From sequence record MK373784.1: DNA of 64,000 nucleotides, one strand, 5' to 3'. Of this stretch, positions 9,625 through 20,136 are shown piece by piece. This DNA is from Escherichia phage vB_EcoM_MM02. The position numbers were made by a program, and so were the translations under genes. Positions within the stretch are counted from its first letter, which is position 1; each line of letters begins with the position of its first letter. The notes under the pieces are model-generated. The model was not told the origin of the DNA and made no database searches. It saw only the letters and a list, made by a program, of their open reading frames with translations.

Positions 9625-11139
9625 ATGACTGACATTAAAGTACATTTTTATGATTTTAGTCACGTGCGCATTGAATGCGACGAAAGTACGTTTTACGAAC
9701 TTCGTGACTTTTTTAGCTTTGAAGCCGATGGGTACAAATTCAACCCTCGTTACAAATATGGGCAATGGGATGGTAGAATTCGACTTTTAGATTACAACCG
9801 TTTGTTACCATATGGACTTGTAGGACAAATAAAAAAGTTCTGTAACAATATGAGTTATTCTGTATGGATTGACCCTAAAATCTTTGAGACTGAAGACCTT
9901 ACCAGGGAAGATTTTGACGCATGGCTTTCTAAACAAGAAATTTATTCAGGCAACGCCAAAATCGAACCACATTGGTATCAAAAAGATGCAGTATATGAAG
10001 GACTAGTTAATCGTCGTCGAATTTTAAACCTTCCGACATCAGCAGGTAAATCACTAATCCAAGCACTTTTAGCTCGGTATTATCTAGAGAACTATGAAGG
10101 TAAAATTCTCATTATCGTCCCTACAACAGCATTGACAACCCAGATGGCTAATGATTTTGTTGATTATCGCTTGTTTAGTCATTCGATGATTAAGAAAATT
10201 GGCGGTGGTGCCGATAAAGCGGACAGAGCTAAAAACGACGCTCCAATTATTGTTGGCACATGGCAAACGGTAGTTAAGCAGCCTAAAGAATGGTTCTCTC
10301 AGTTCGGTATGATGATGAACGATGAATGCCACTTAGCAACAGGCAAAAGTATTTCTTCAATCATCTCAGGATTAAATAATTGCATGTTCAAATTTGGTTT
10401 ATCTGGCTCATTAAGAGACGGAAAAGCCAATGTAATGCAGTACGTAGGTATGTTCGGCGAAATCTTCCGTCCTGTTAGCACGTCTAAATTAATGGAAGAT
10501 GGACAGGTAACTGAGCTTAAGATTAATAGTATTTTCCTTCGTTATCCAGACGAATTCGCCACCAAATTAAAAGGTAAAACATACCAAGAAGAAGTTAAAA
10601 TTATTACTGGACTAAAACGACGTACAAAGTGGATTGCTCAACTTTCAGTCAAATTGGCTAAGAAAGACGAGAACGCCTTTGTAATGTTTAAACACGTTAC
10701 ACACGGTAAAGAAATATTTGAAGCTATTAAAGAGCTTGGATACGAAAAAGTTTATTACGTATCAGGTGAAGTTGATACTGAAACACGTAACGCGCTTAAA
10801 GTCATGGCAGAAAATGGTAAAGGCATTATTATTGTCGCATCATATGGAGTATTCTCTACTGGTATTTCAGTCAAGAATCTTCATCATGTTATTTTTGCCC
10901 ATGGTGTTAAATCAAAAATTATCGTACTTCAAACCGTAGGTCGTGTGCTTCGCAAGCATGGTTCTAAATCTGTTGCTACAGTTTGGGATCTCATCGACGA
11001 TGCAGGTGTAAAACCTAAATCATTAAATACTAAAAAGAAGTATACTCATCTTAATTACTTGTTAAAACACGGTATTGATCGTATCCAACGTTACGCTGAT
11101 GAGAAATTTAACTATGTAATGAAAACAATTAATTTATAA
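9625..11139 (+). CDS. uvsW: UvsW DNA/RNA helicase
   Basis: 504 aa; SF2 helicase motifs (LPTSAGKS Walker A, DECH box); late promoter TATAAATA at 9588-9595. Confidence 0.9.
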   Translation: MTDIKVHFYDFSHVRIECDESTFYELRDFFSFEADGYKFNPRYKYGQWDGRIRLLDYNRLLPYGLVGQIKKFCNNMSYSVWIDPKIFETEDLTREDFDAWLSKQEIYSGNAKIEPHWYQKDAVYEGLVNRRRILNLPTSAGKSLIQALLARYYLENYEGKILIIVPTTALTTQMANDFVDYRLFSHSMIKKIGGGADKADRAKNDAPIIVGTWQTVVKQPKEWFSQFGMMMNDECHLATGKSISSIISGLNNCMFKFGLSGSLRDGKANVMQYVGMFGEIFRPVSTSKLMEDGQVTELKINSIFLRYPDEFATKLKGKTYQEEVKIITGLKRRTKWIAQLSVKLAKKDENAFVMFKHVTHGKEIFEAIKELGYEKVYYVSGEVDTETRNALKVMAENGKGIIIVASYGVFSTGISVKNLHHVIFAHGVKSKIIVLQTVGRVLRKHGSKSVATVWDLIDDAGVKPKSLNTKKKYTHLNYLLKHGIDRIQRYADEKFNYVMKTINL

Positions 11140-11151
11140 GGGCTTCGGCCC
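11140..11151 (+). promoter_or_regulatory. intercistronic GC hairpin (UUCG loop) without U-tract between uvsW and uvsW.1
   Basis: gggc-ttcg-gccc directly followed by SD AGGAG and ATG. Confidence 0.4.
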
Positions 11152-11164
11152 TTAGGAGATAAAA

Positions 11165-11395
11165 ATGGTACTTGAATTTAAACAATTTTTATACGAAGCA
11201 TCTATTGACGAATTCATGGGTAAAATTGCTAGTTGTCATACCCTAGAAGGGCTTGAAGAATTGGAAGCTTATTATAAGAAACGTATAAAAGAAACGGAAT
11301 TAAAAGATACAGATGATATTTCTGTCAGGGATGCCTTAGCAGGTAAGCGTGCCGAACTTGAAGGCGATGATGAGGATGTGGAAGAAGACTTCTAA
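11165..11395 (+). CDS. uvsW.1: UvsW.1-like small acidic protein
   Basis: 76 aa ORF directly after uvsW, SD AGGAG. Confidence 0.65.
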   Translation: MVLEFKQFLYEASIDEFMGKIASCHTLEGLEELEAYYKKRIKETELKDTDDISVRDALAGKRAELEGDDEDVEEDF

Positions 11396-11455
11396 TTAAA
11401 AAAAAGGGCCCTTCCAAAAAGGTTGGGCCAAAAACCATAGGCAAAAAAGGTAACA

Positions 11456-11623
11456 CTATAGTAAAAGTTGGGTTTCGTTCAATTGCTCTTCTGAACTTTC
11501 TGAAACCGGCAATTGTTGGACATAATTATAACAAGGACCAGGATGTGCTGGACCTTTGTCTGTTTCAACAACCAATGCAGAATCGATTGGAGTTTTACAG
11601 ACAACACAAATCTTATCTGACAT
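11456..11623 (-). CDS. small hypothetical protein, 55 aa
   Basis: ATG 11621-11623 with strong SD AGGAGG; below 60-aa ORF-track cutoff; hand-translated MSDKICVVCKTPIDS... Confidence 0.4.
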   Translation of the reverse strand: MSDKICVVCKTPIDSALVVETDKGPAHPGPCYNYVQQLPVSESSEEQLNETQLLL

Positions 11624-11655
11624 GATTGCCTCCTAAGTTGAAATTACATATCTAT

Positions 11656-11880
11656 TTATACAACTCTCATATGCATATCAATGCCCATATCTTTAGAATA
11701 AAAATATTCATCAAGATATCCGGCAAATTTTCCTTTAATATAAAGGACGTCTTCACCACACGGGTGGTCTGCCAGGATACGAATATCCTGACGACGTAGA
11801 CGATACTTTTCCATTAAGAATTTAATTTCAGTTTCAAATTCTTCGTCATTATTAAAGGCATCTTCAATTGAATAACGCAT
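11656..11880 (-). CDS. hypothetical protein, 74 aa
   Basis: ATG 11878-11880 overlaps uvsY stop; T4 uvsY.-1 position. Confidence 0.5.
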   Translation of the reverse strand: MRYSIEDAFNNDEEFETEIKFLMEKYRLRRQDIRILADHPCGEDVLYIKGKFAGYLDEYFYSKDMGIDMHMRVV

Positions 11881-12293
11881 TATTGCCCCGCTTCAAATTC
11901 TCGCATATCCTGGATATGTTTAAGTGCAAAACTACGAGACTTAACTGCGTCAAGTGCACCACTACAGAACTCAAGTAAAATTCCCCAGTATTGTAAAGTA
12001 GTCTCTATTTTAAGCACATCTTTATCTGCAGCCAGGACAGTTTTCATTTCAGATTTCTCGTATCGGTCCATACTGAATTCATCACCGTCACCTCGTCCCG
12101 AGTAGTAGTCTAATCTTGCTTTTAGAGCAGTTTTCTTCTGAGTCTCTATACGCAACATTTCTTTACGAATAAATGAGTGCTTACGTAGCCATTTGCTGTA
12201 TAACTTAACATTATTCGCCGTCTCATATTGCAACTTTGTCATATCAATAGCTAAGTCTGCGTCTAACTCTTCCTGTAAATCTTCCAGCTTCAT
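11880..12293 (-). CDS. uvsY: UvsY recombination mediator
   Basis: 137 aa, same length as T4 UvsY; long identical stretches (LDYYSGRGDGDEFSMDRYEKSEMKTV). Confidence 0.9.
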   Translation of the reverse strand: MKLEDLQEELDADLAIDMTKLQYETANNVKLYSKWLRKHSFIRKEMLRIETQKKTALKARLDYYSGRGDGDEFSMDRYEKSEMKTVLAADKDVLKIETTLQYWGILLEFCSGALDAVKSRSFALKHIQDMREFEAGQ

Positions 12294-12372
12294 AATATTC
12301 TCTCTTTAACTAATAATCTCCCGGCTGTATCGGAAGGACCTAAAACCATTATACATAGGTCGCCTTGAAGCA

Positions 12373-12771
12373 TTACACTCTATTGCTTGACGCTAACTGA
12401 AGTTTAATTTGTTCAATATCGTCAGGGTTGTCTACGACCGAAAATCTAATCTCTACTATAACCGTATAGTCATCATATACTGGCGTTACACTTACAGAAA
12501 GTTTGTCGATGCGTGGCTCATAGTTACGAACAGCTGCCTGGATATTACGCTCAATCGTATCGGCTGTAAGTGGTGTCATGTTCTCGAAAAGTTCATCGAC
12601 CAAATCACATCCAAATTCAGGGTCGAAGGGGCGTGAGCCTTTTCTAGTTGTCACTATACCAAGAAGACTATTTTTAATAGAACGAAGTCCTACAGAACGA
12701 GCAACGTCCTTGTTCCAATCCATACGCATTTCTGGATCGATATCTGAATAAAGTTTATTGATATTAGACAT
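12373..12771 (-). CDS. 25: baseplate wedge protein gp25
   Basis: 132 aa; synteny 25-26-51-27-28-29. Confidence 0.85.
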   Translation of the reverse strand: MSNINKLYSDIDPEMRMDWNKDVARSVGLRSIKNSLLGIVTTRKGSRPFDPEFGCDLVDELFENMTPLTADTIERNIQAAVRNYEPRIDKLSVSVTPVYDDYTVIVEIRFSVVDNPDDIEQIKLQLASSNRV

Positions 12772-13397
12772 TATAGTAACTCAAAGAATTCTTTGAGGCC
12801 TCGTATTGTGTGAACGTGTGACGCCCCACATTTGGGACATTTAATAGGGGTTGCCAGATAAATTGACGGCGATACTAAAAGATTTTTAATATTGATCATG
12901 TCATCTTCTGTTATAAGGCCGTAAAGGTCGTTTATTTCTGCTTCAGTTAAATCTTCAACAGGGATGGACTCTCCATTGACAAAAACGGCCTCAATACATG
13001 AAGCAATCATTAATGCGATATTTTTATCGTCAAATAATTTAGGTTGACGGAACTTAATTTTAATACCGCTGAACGAATACCAGGGATCGGCCTGTTCATC
13101 TAATTGAGTGTGCAATAAATTCATATAGACTTGAAATGAATGCCCACAGGAACAATTCCAGGTGTGTTCTTGATTCACTTCACCTAATGAATGGGCCCAC
13201 AGATTTACCAACAATAGCTCGGCTTCTTGTTTAGTCAAGTTTTTAGCGTTAGAGCAATTAGTGATAATATTGTTCACTGCTGATTCAATAGTACCGGTAG
13301 CCCGTGCACCTATGAGTCCTAAATATTCTTTTAAAGTAAAGGCTCTACAATTCACTTCTTTATCGCCTAAACGTACGGTAAACGTATATTTGTACAT
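12771..13397 (-). CDS. 26: baseplate hub protein gp26
   Basis: 208 aa; SD AAGGAG; divergent from gene 51 across a palindromic late promoter. Confidence 0.8.
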   Translation of the reverse strand: MYKYTFTVRLGDKEVNCRAFTLKEYLGLIGARATGTIESAVNNIITNCSNAKNLTKQEAELLLVNLWAHSLGEVNQEHTWNCSCGHSFQVYMNLLHTQLDEQADPWYSFSGIKIKFRQPKLFDDKNIALMIASCIEAVFVNGESIPVEDLTEAEINDLYGLITEDDMINIKNLLVSPSIYLATPIKCPKCGASHVHTIRGLKEFFELL

Positions 13398-13415
13398 GTT
13401 AACTCCTTTATTGTG

Positions 13416-13427
13416 TATTTATAAATA
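13416..13427. promoter_or_regulatory. palindromic bidirectional late promoter TATTTATAAATA (genes 26 and 51)
   Basis: 12-bp perfect palindrome containing TATAAATA on both strands between divergent genes 26 and 51. Confidence 0.55.
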
Positions 13428-13444
13428 ATAGAAAAGGAGTAATT

Positions 13445-14197
13445 ATGGCTAATATAATTCGTTGTAAATTACCGGATGGTGTTCATCGTTTTAAGCCGTT
13501 CACCGTAGCGGATTATAGAGACTTTTTACTAGTTAGAAATGATATCGAACATCGTTCGCCGCAAGAACAAAAAGAAATAATTGCCGATCTGATTGATGAT
13601 TATTTTGGCGAGTACCCTAAAACATGGCAACCATTTATATTCCTGCAAGTTTTTGCAGGCTCTATAGGCAAAACAAAAGTTCCCGTTATTTTCACTTGCC
13701 CTAAATGCTCTAAAGAAAAAACTGCACCATTTGAGATATATCAAAAAGAACTAGTCGAACCTGAACTTGATGTTGCTGGTATAAAAATACGTTTTTCTTT
13801 CCCTGAAAAGTTTTATGACAACAAGGCATTAATGATAAGTGAAAACATAAAAGAAATATATTATAATGATGAATGGTACCCATGGAATGATTTGACTGAA
13901 GAGAACCAAATCCAAGTAATAGAAGCAATAGACATTGACTCGCTCGAGAAGGTTATTGCTTCTATGAATCCTATTAATTTGACCCTTAGATTAGGTTGTT
14001 GTGAACGACATGTTAAAACATATACTGATATCTTAGAGGTTTTTAAATTGTTAGTTAACCCTGATGAGATTTTTACATTCTATCAGATAAACCATTCACT
14101 GGTAAAGAGTCAATACACATTGGATTCTATTATGCAAATGATTCCTGTTGAACGTGGTATTGCTTTAACATTAGTAGAAAAGGACCATAAAAAATGA
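13445..14197 (+). CDS. 51: baseplate hub assembly protein gp51
   Basis: 250 aa; late promoter TATAAATA 13420-13427, SD AAGGAG. Confidence 0.8.
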   Translation: MANIIRCKLPDGVHRFKPFTVADYRDFLLVRNDIEHRSPQEQKEIIADLIDDYFGEYPKTWQPFIFLQVFAGSIGKTKVPVIFTCPKCSKEKTAPFEIYQKELVEPELDVAGIKIRFSFPEKFYDNKALMISENIKEIYYNDEWYPWNDLTEENQIQVIEAIDIDSLEKVIASMNPINLTLRLGCCERHVKTYTDILEVFKLLVNPDEIFTFYQINHSLVKSQYTLDSIMQMIPVERGIALTLVEKDHKK

Positions 14198-15366
14198 AAG
14201 TATTCCAACGTCCAGGATATCCTAACTTAAGCGTTAAATTATACCAAGATTATTCGGCTTGGCAAGAAAATAGATACGTTGAACTCGCGGCAACAATAAC
14301 AACTTTAACCATGCGAGATTCGTTATATGGAAGAAATGAAGGGATTCTTCAATTTTATGACACTAAAAACATCCACACTAAAATGGATGGTAGACAGATA
14401 GTCCAAATCTCTGTTTCAAATTCAAACACACCTCTCCAAGTTAGAACTCGAATTTACGGATGCAGACATTATTCTGTGTCTGTGGACTCAAAAGGTGACA
14501 ATATTATTGCAATTGAGCTTGGAACAATACATTCTATAGAGAACCTTAAATTTGGGCGTCCATTCTTCCCGGATGCAGGCGAATCTATACGTGAAATGTT
14601 AGGTGTCATATACAAAGACCGTGCGTTAATTACTCCGCCAATAAACACTATTAATGCTTATGTTCCTGATATCCCTTGGACAAGCACATTTGATGATTAT
14701 TTGGCATATGTCAGAGAATTAGGACTTGCTACAGCGAGTGATAAGTTCGTATTCGTATGGCAAGATATTTTAGGCGTAAACATGATTGACTACGATACTC
14801 TTATTGGTCAGGAAGGCATTAAGATGATTGTAGGTGAGCCAAATACTGTAGGTCAGTATATTCAAGAGCTTGAGTATCCATTAGTATGGGATTTTACCTG
14901 GATGACTAAAGCCAACCAATTTACAAGAGACCCTATTAAAAACGCCACAATATTCGCCCATTCATTTTTAGATACATCTATTCCGGTTATTGTTACAGGT
15001 GATGGTGATAATGCTATTCTTGTGTCAAGATCCGGCGGATATTCCGAAATGACCTATCGTAATGGATTTGAAGAAGCAAGTCGTCTTCAGACAATGGCTC
15101 AATATGACGGATATACTAAATGCACTACTACAGGCAATTTTAACATAACGCCTGCTACTAAAATTATATTTGTTGACCAAAAGAACCAATTCAAATCCGA
15201 ATTTTACGTAGATGAAGTTATTCATGAGTTATCAAATAACAACTCACAAACTCATCTGTACATGTTTACCAACTCAATGGTGTTAGAACCTGTTAACCCA
15301 GTTAAGGTTAAAAATGAACTTAAATCTGATTCTACCTCTAAAGAAAATAATTCTACCACAATCTAA
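14194..15366 (+). CDS. 27: baseplate hub protein gp27
   Basis: 390 aa; ATGA overlap with gene 51. Confidence 0.85.
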   Translation: MKVFQRPGYPNLSVKLYQDYSAWQENRYVELAATITTLTMRDSLYGRNEGILQFYDTKNIHTKMDGRQIVQISVSNSNTPLQVRTRIYGCRHYSVSVDSKGDNIIAIELGTIHSIENLKFGRPFFPDAGESIREMLGVIYKDRALITPPINTINAYVPDIPWTSTFDDYLAYVRELGLATASDKFVFVWQDILGVNMIDYDTLIGQEGIKMIVGEPNTVGQYIQELEYPLVWDFTWMTKANQFTRDPIKNATIFAHSFLDTSIPVIVTGDGDNAILVSRSGGYSEMTYRNGFEEASRLQTMAQYDGYTKCTTTGNFNITPATKIIFVDQKNQFKSEFYVDEVIHELSNNNSQTHLYMFTNSMVLEPVNPVKVKNELKSDSTSKENNSTTI

Positions 15367-15847
15367 TAAAAAGGTAATGATTCCCAAATTAGGGCTCAAA
15401 CATTATAATCTTTTAAAGGACGTTAAAGGCCCTGATGAAAACATGAAAATCTTAGCTGATTCTATTTGTAAAAATATGAGTCCCGCAGATTTTGATTTTG
15501 CATGTCTACACATATTGGAATTTAATAACAAACTTAAGTCTGAAGTTGAAAAAGACGGATTCACTTATAAACTAGATGACGTCTATGTATGCCAACGAAC
15601 AGAATTCCAATTCCAAGGTAATACTTTTTATTTTAGACCCCCAGGCAAATTTGAACAATTCGCTACAATCAGTGAAATGCTATCAAATTGCTTAATAAAA
15701 GTTAATGACGAAGAGAAAGAAATTTCTTTCCTTGAGATGCCTGCTTTTGTAATCAAATGGGCAGAAGACCTTTCGACAACTATTGCTATTCCAGGCCCTA
15801 ATGGTCCTATTAAGGGTGTAGCAGAAATTATTGGATTGCTTGAATGA
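15314..15847 (+). CDS. 28: baseplate hub distal subunit gp28
   Basis: 177 aa; overlaps 3' end of gene 27. Confidence 0.8.
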   Translation: MNLNLILPLKKIILPQSNKKVMIPKLGLKHYNLLKDVKGPDENMKILADSICKNMSPADFDFACLHILEFNNKLKSEVEKDGFTYKLDDVYVCQRTEFQFQGNTFYFRPPGKFEQFATISEMLSNCLIKVNDEEKEISFLEMPAFVIKWAEDLSTTIAIPGPNGPIKGVAEIIGLLE

Positions 15848-17671
15848 AACCTGAAGAAATGAAATCCATGCGTAGAAATAAGGTCATTGCCGATAATAAA
15901 CCACAAAAAGTAGCTGCAACAGCAGCTACCGATTCATTAGAAGCATTGAATGACATTTCATCAAAACTAGACGATGTCCAAGCCGCGTCTGAACTCACAT
16001 CACAAAGTGTAGAAGATAAAGGCAATGGAATCATTGAATCAATTGGAGACTTAAAGAATTCGACAGATAATACAAGGCAATGGAATCATTGAATCAATTG
16101 GAGACTTAAAGAATTCGACAGATAATACTGCTGAAGGCACAGAGCTTATCGCAGAAGTTATTGAAAAACAAACTGAAGTCACTAAAAGTATAAACGAAGT
16201 TTCTAGTGCAATAAGCTCTAAGTTAGACCGATTAGCTACATTATTAGAGCAAAAATTACAAACATCTACCGCTATTCAAAATACAGGAGGCACCTCTCTT
16301 GAAGTAATTGAGAACGCAATACCTGTTAAAGTGGTTGAGAATGAAACTTCTGATGAGTTGTTTAAAGCATTCCCTACACCTGAAAAGATTGATAATAAGC
16401 CAGACGAAGATTTCTTCCCAGCACCGGTTCAAGAAAGTGCTAATTCTACTTCCGATTCTAAAGGCGGAATTAGCTTTAAATTGAGCGATAAAATTGCAAT
16501 GCTCACCAAAACAGTTCAAACCGGGTTTAATAAATCAATATCAATTTCAGACAGAATTGCTGGAATGCTTTTCAAATACACTATAACGGCTGCTATTGAA
16601 GCAGCAAAAATGGCCGCACTTATTCTTGGTATTGTTATCGGTATTGATTTATTGATAGTCCATTTCAAATATTGGACAGACAAGTTCACTTCTGCCTGGG
16701 ATTTATTTGATGAAAACTTTACTAAATTCTCTGACGAAGCTAAAGAGTGGGGTAAATTCTTAAGTGATATATTCACTTCTATTGACTCTATAAAACAATT
16801 GTGGGAAGCTGGAGACTGGGGTGGTTTAACCGTTGCTATTGTCAAAGGTGTAGGAACAGCATTAATGAATTTAGGTGAACTAATTCAATTAGGAATGGCT
16901 AAACTCTCCGCGTCTATATTGCGTGCTATAGGTTTTGGTGATACCGCTGACGAAATAGAAGGACGTGCTTTGGAAGGATTCCAAGAAACTACTGGGAACA
17001 AATTAAAGAAAGAAGACCAAGAGAAAGTCGCTAAATATCAAATGAAGCGTGACGATGGGGAATTAGGAACCGTTTCTAAAGGCCTTGATATGTTACAACG
17101 TGGCAAAACATTCGTTACTAACTGGGTTCGTGGTAATGACAATAAAGAAGAGTTTAGTACAAGCGATGAGCGTGCTGCGGAATCAGCAAAATTAAAAGAG
17201 TTACCTGAAGAGGAGCGTAAAGAGGCGTATATAAAAGCTAATGAAACTCGTGCGGCACTGGTTAGATTTGAGGATTATATCGATAAAATCGATATGACTA
17301 ATCCAGAAAATGCTAAAAACGTCGAGAAGTCTTATGCTGATTTAAGTAAACTTATTAAAGACCCTGAACTTAATAAAACTCCTGTTGTTAAAAAGGAATT
17401 AGATGCTAGATTTGAAAAGCTAAATAATAAAATGGCTGAAGCCAAAAAGGCTCAGACCACAGTTAAGCCTGAATCTTCGTCTAAATCTCCGGAAGCAAAA
17501 CAAGTTCAGTCAATAGAGAAAGGACGTGCTTCTGAATCTAAACAACAGCAACCGGTAGCGGCGATTAGTAACACAAATAATGTCGTCAAAAAGAATACCG
17601 TAGTCCAGAATATGACCCCTGTAACAAGTACAACGGCTCCTGGAATTTTCCATGCCACCGGTGTTAATTAA
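15844..17671 (+). pseudogene. 29: gene 29 (baseplate hub / tail-length determinator) interrupted by +1 frameshift from a 55-bp tandem duplication
   Basis: Frame-1 ORF 15844-16092 ends at TGA (..DNTRQWNH*); frame 2 open from copy 2 to 17671; removing one copy gives a single 591-codon ORF. Confidence 0.85.
16019..16128 (+). repeat. perfect direct tandem duplication, 2 x 55 bp (16019-16073 and 16074-16128)
   Basis: Both copies read aaggcaatggaatcattgaatcaattggagacttaaagaattcgacagataatac. Confidence 0.95.
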
Positions 17672-17679
17672 GGATTATT

Positions 17680-18789
17680 ATGATTAGTGTAAAAGAAATA
17701 GTAGTAGATGCAAAGGATTTAAATAAAGCAATCCCAGTCACAGAAAGTGCTGGGCAAAGCACTAAAACCGAAACAACTACTAAAACTTATGTTGCTCAAT
17801 TTCCTACAGGAAGAGCAGCCGGAAATGACTCCACAGGAGACTTCCAGGTAACAGACCTTTATAAGAATGGATTATTATTTACCGCGTACAATATGTCTGC
17901 ACGCGATTCAGGATCCCTCAGGAATTTACGTCCGGCATACGCCGGGACTTCATCTAACGGTATCATATCAGATTTAACTGATAATGTGAAAGATGCAGTG
18001 ACTAAATTCTCTAATGGGTTGCTTCCTGCTGGAGCTAATAAATCAACCATAAATAAAACTCCTGTTGCTAATATACTTTTGCCACGTTCCAAATCTGACG
18101 TTGATACAACTTCACATCGTTTTAATGATATCGGTGATAGTCTTATTACTAAAGGTGGAGGTACTGCTACGGGTGTTTTAAGTAACATTGCTTCTACTGC
18201 AGTCTTTGGTGCATTAGATTCTATTACCCAAGGGCTTATGGCCGATAATAACGAACAGATTTATACGACTTCTCGTAGTATGTATGGCGGTGCTGAGAAC
18301 CGTACTAAAGTCTTTACATGGGATTTAACTCCGCGTTCAACTGAAGACCTTATGGCTATTATAAACATTTACCAGTATTTTAACTATTTCTCATATGGTG
18401 AGACCGGTAAATCACAGTACGCCCAAGAGATTAAAAGTTATTTAGACGAATGGTACCGTTCAACGTTTATTGAGCCTATGACGCCAGATGATGCAGTAAA
18501 AAATAAGACATTGTTTGAAAAGATTACTGCGTCATTAACAAATGTATTAGTTGTAAGCAACCCTACAATTTGGATGGTTAAAAACTTTGGTTATACGTCT
18601 AAATTTGATGGATTAACTGACGTATTTGGTCCATGTCAAATTCAAAGCGTACGTTTTGATAAAACTCCAAATGGACAATTTAATGGTCTCGCTGTTGCTC
18701 CTAACTTACCATCAACATTTACGTTAGAGATAACAATGCGAGAAATTATTACATTAAACCGTTCTTCACTTTATGCGGGGACTTTCTAA
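17680..18789 (+). CDS. 48: baseplate tail tube cap gp48
   Basis: 369 aa; synteny after gene 29. Confidence 0.85.
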   Translation: MISVKEIVVDAKDLNKAIPVTESAGQSTKTETTTKTYVAQFPTGRAAGNDSTGDFQVTDLYKNGLLFTAYNMSARDSGSLRNLRPAYAGTSSNGIISDLTDNVKDAVTKFSNGLLPAGANKSTINKTPVANILLPRSKSDVDTTSHRFNDIGDSLITKGGGTATGVLSNIASTAVFGALDSITQGLMADNNEQIYTTSRSMYGGAENRTKVFTWDLTPRSTEDLMAIINIYQYFNYFSYGETGKSQYAQEIKSYLDEWYRSTFIEPMTPDDAVKNKTLFEKITASLTNVLVVSNPTIWMVKNFGYTSKFDGLTDVFGPCQIQSVRFDKTPNGQFNGLAVAPNLPSTFTLEITMREIITLNRSSLYAGTF

Positions 18790-19751
18790 TGTACTCTTTA
18801 GAAGAATTTAATAACCAAGCTATAAATGCAGATTTCCAACGAAACAATATGTTTAGTTGTGTATTTGCTACTACACCGTCGACCAAATCGTCTTCACTAA
18901 TTTCGTCAATTGGTAGTTTTGCTTATAATAACTTAGGGTTGGATTCAGATTGGCTAGGATTGTCTCAAGGTGATATCAATCAGGGCGTAACAACCCTGAT
19001 TACAGCAGGAACACAGAAATTAATTCGAAAATCAGGTATAAGTAAATACCTGATTGGAGCAATGAGTCAACGTACGGTACAAAGCTTGTTAGGTGAGTTC
19101 ACAGTAGGAGCTTATCTGATAGACTTCTTCAATATGGCATATAATAATACAGGTTTAATGATTTATTCTGTAAAAATGCCTGAGAACCGATTATCTTATG
19201 AAACGGATTTCAACTATAACTCACCGAACATCCGAATTACCGGCCGTGAAATGGACCCGTTAGTAATAAGCTTTAGAATGGATTCTGAAGCATCTAACTT
19301 TAGAGCAATGCAAGACTGGGTAAACTCGGTCCAAGACCCTGTAACAGGTCTTCGCGCTTTACCACAAGACGTCGAAGCAGATATTCAGGTTAATTTACAC
19401 GCACGAAATGGTTTACCACATACCGCTGTCATGTTCACCGGATGTATTCCTGTTAGTGTCTCTTCTCCTGAGTTAACGTATGATGGTGATAATCAGATAA
19501 CAGTTTTTGATGTAACATTTGCTTATCGCGTTATGCAATCAGGTGCTGTAAATAGACAGGCTGCTTTAGAATGGCTGGAATCAGGACTTATTAGTAGTGT
19601 TTCAGGAATGTTTGGAAATAATCAGAATGATTCTGGACTAGGAAGTGCAGTATCAAGACTTTCTAGATTAGGTGGGACTGCTGGTGGTGTGTCTAATATA
19701 AACACATTGACAGGTGTGGTGAATTCTGCGTCAAGAGTTTTAGGACTATAA
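18789..19751 (+). CDS. 54: baseplate tail tube initiator gp54
   Basis: 320 aa; ATGA-type overlap with 48. Confidence 0.85.
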   Translation: MYSLEEFNNQAINADFQRNNMFSCVFATTPSTKSSSLISSIGSFAYNNLGLDSDWLGLSQGDINQGVTTLITAGTQKLIRKSGISKYLIGAMSQRTVQSLLGEFTVGAYLIDFFNMAYNNTGLMIYSVKMPENRLSYETDFNYNSPNIRITGREMDPLVISFRMDSEASNFRAMQDWVNSVQDPVTGLRALPQDVEADIQVNLHARNGLPHTAVMFTGCIPVSVSSPELTYDGDNQITVFDVTFAYRVMQSGAVNRQAALEWLESGLISSVSGMFGNNQNDSGLGSAVSRLSRLGGTAGGVSNINTLTGVVNSASRVLGL

Positions 19752-19757
19752 GAAAAA

Positions 19758-19774
19758 GGGAGACGTTGTCTCCC
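19758..19774. terminator. bidirectional terminator-like hairpin between gene 54 and downstream minus-strand ORF
   Basis: aaaaa-gggagac..gtctccc-ttt. Confidence 0.55.
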
Positions 19775-19783
19775 TTTAGGGGT

Positions 19784-20077
19784 TTATTTACGGAATGAAA
19801 GGAATGCTGGTGCTCGGAACGGAGTATCATCTTTAGAGTATTTAACTAATACGACCATTGGTACCTCTGTTTCTAAATGACCTGTCACTACACCGATAAA
19901 AATTTGATCAGTGTGCTCAGGGTCACGAAAGTTTTTAAGAGGTTCCATAGCAATATGGAATGCACCTGGGAATACTCGATTCAATTCGTCAATCACAGCT
20001 TCGTTAAAAACATCATCCGCTGGGATAGCATCTTCAACTACTAGTTCTTGACCATTAAAGCGAAGCATAGATTTCAT
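19784..20077 (-). CDS. hypothetical protein, ~97 aa, downstream of alt
   Basis: ATG 20075-20077 with SD GAGGAA; ORF-track upstream extension would precede the early promoter at ~20107-20136. Confidence 0.5.
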   Translation of the reverse strand: MKSMLRFNGQELVVEDAIPADDVFNEAVIDELNRVFPGAFHIAMEPLKNFRDPEHTDQIFIGVVTGHLETEVPMVVLVKYSKDDTPFRAPAFLSFRK

Positions 20078-20106
20078 AACGTTTTCCTCATGTTGTTGAT
20101 GGGATG

Positions 20107-20136
20107 ATAGTATCACACATCCATGTGTTTGTAAAC
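20107..20136 (-). promoter_or_regulatory. early promoter candidate (GTTTAC -35)
   Basis: Upstream of 19784-20077; -35 overlaps alt stop codon. Confidence 0.4.

Noticed and set aside
9571-9765. ORF 9571-9765 (minus) overlapping the uvsW start
   Set aside because: It overlaps the uvsW N-terminus and late promoter, has no promoter or SD and low-complexity composition; judged spurious.
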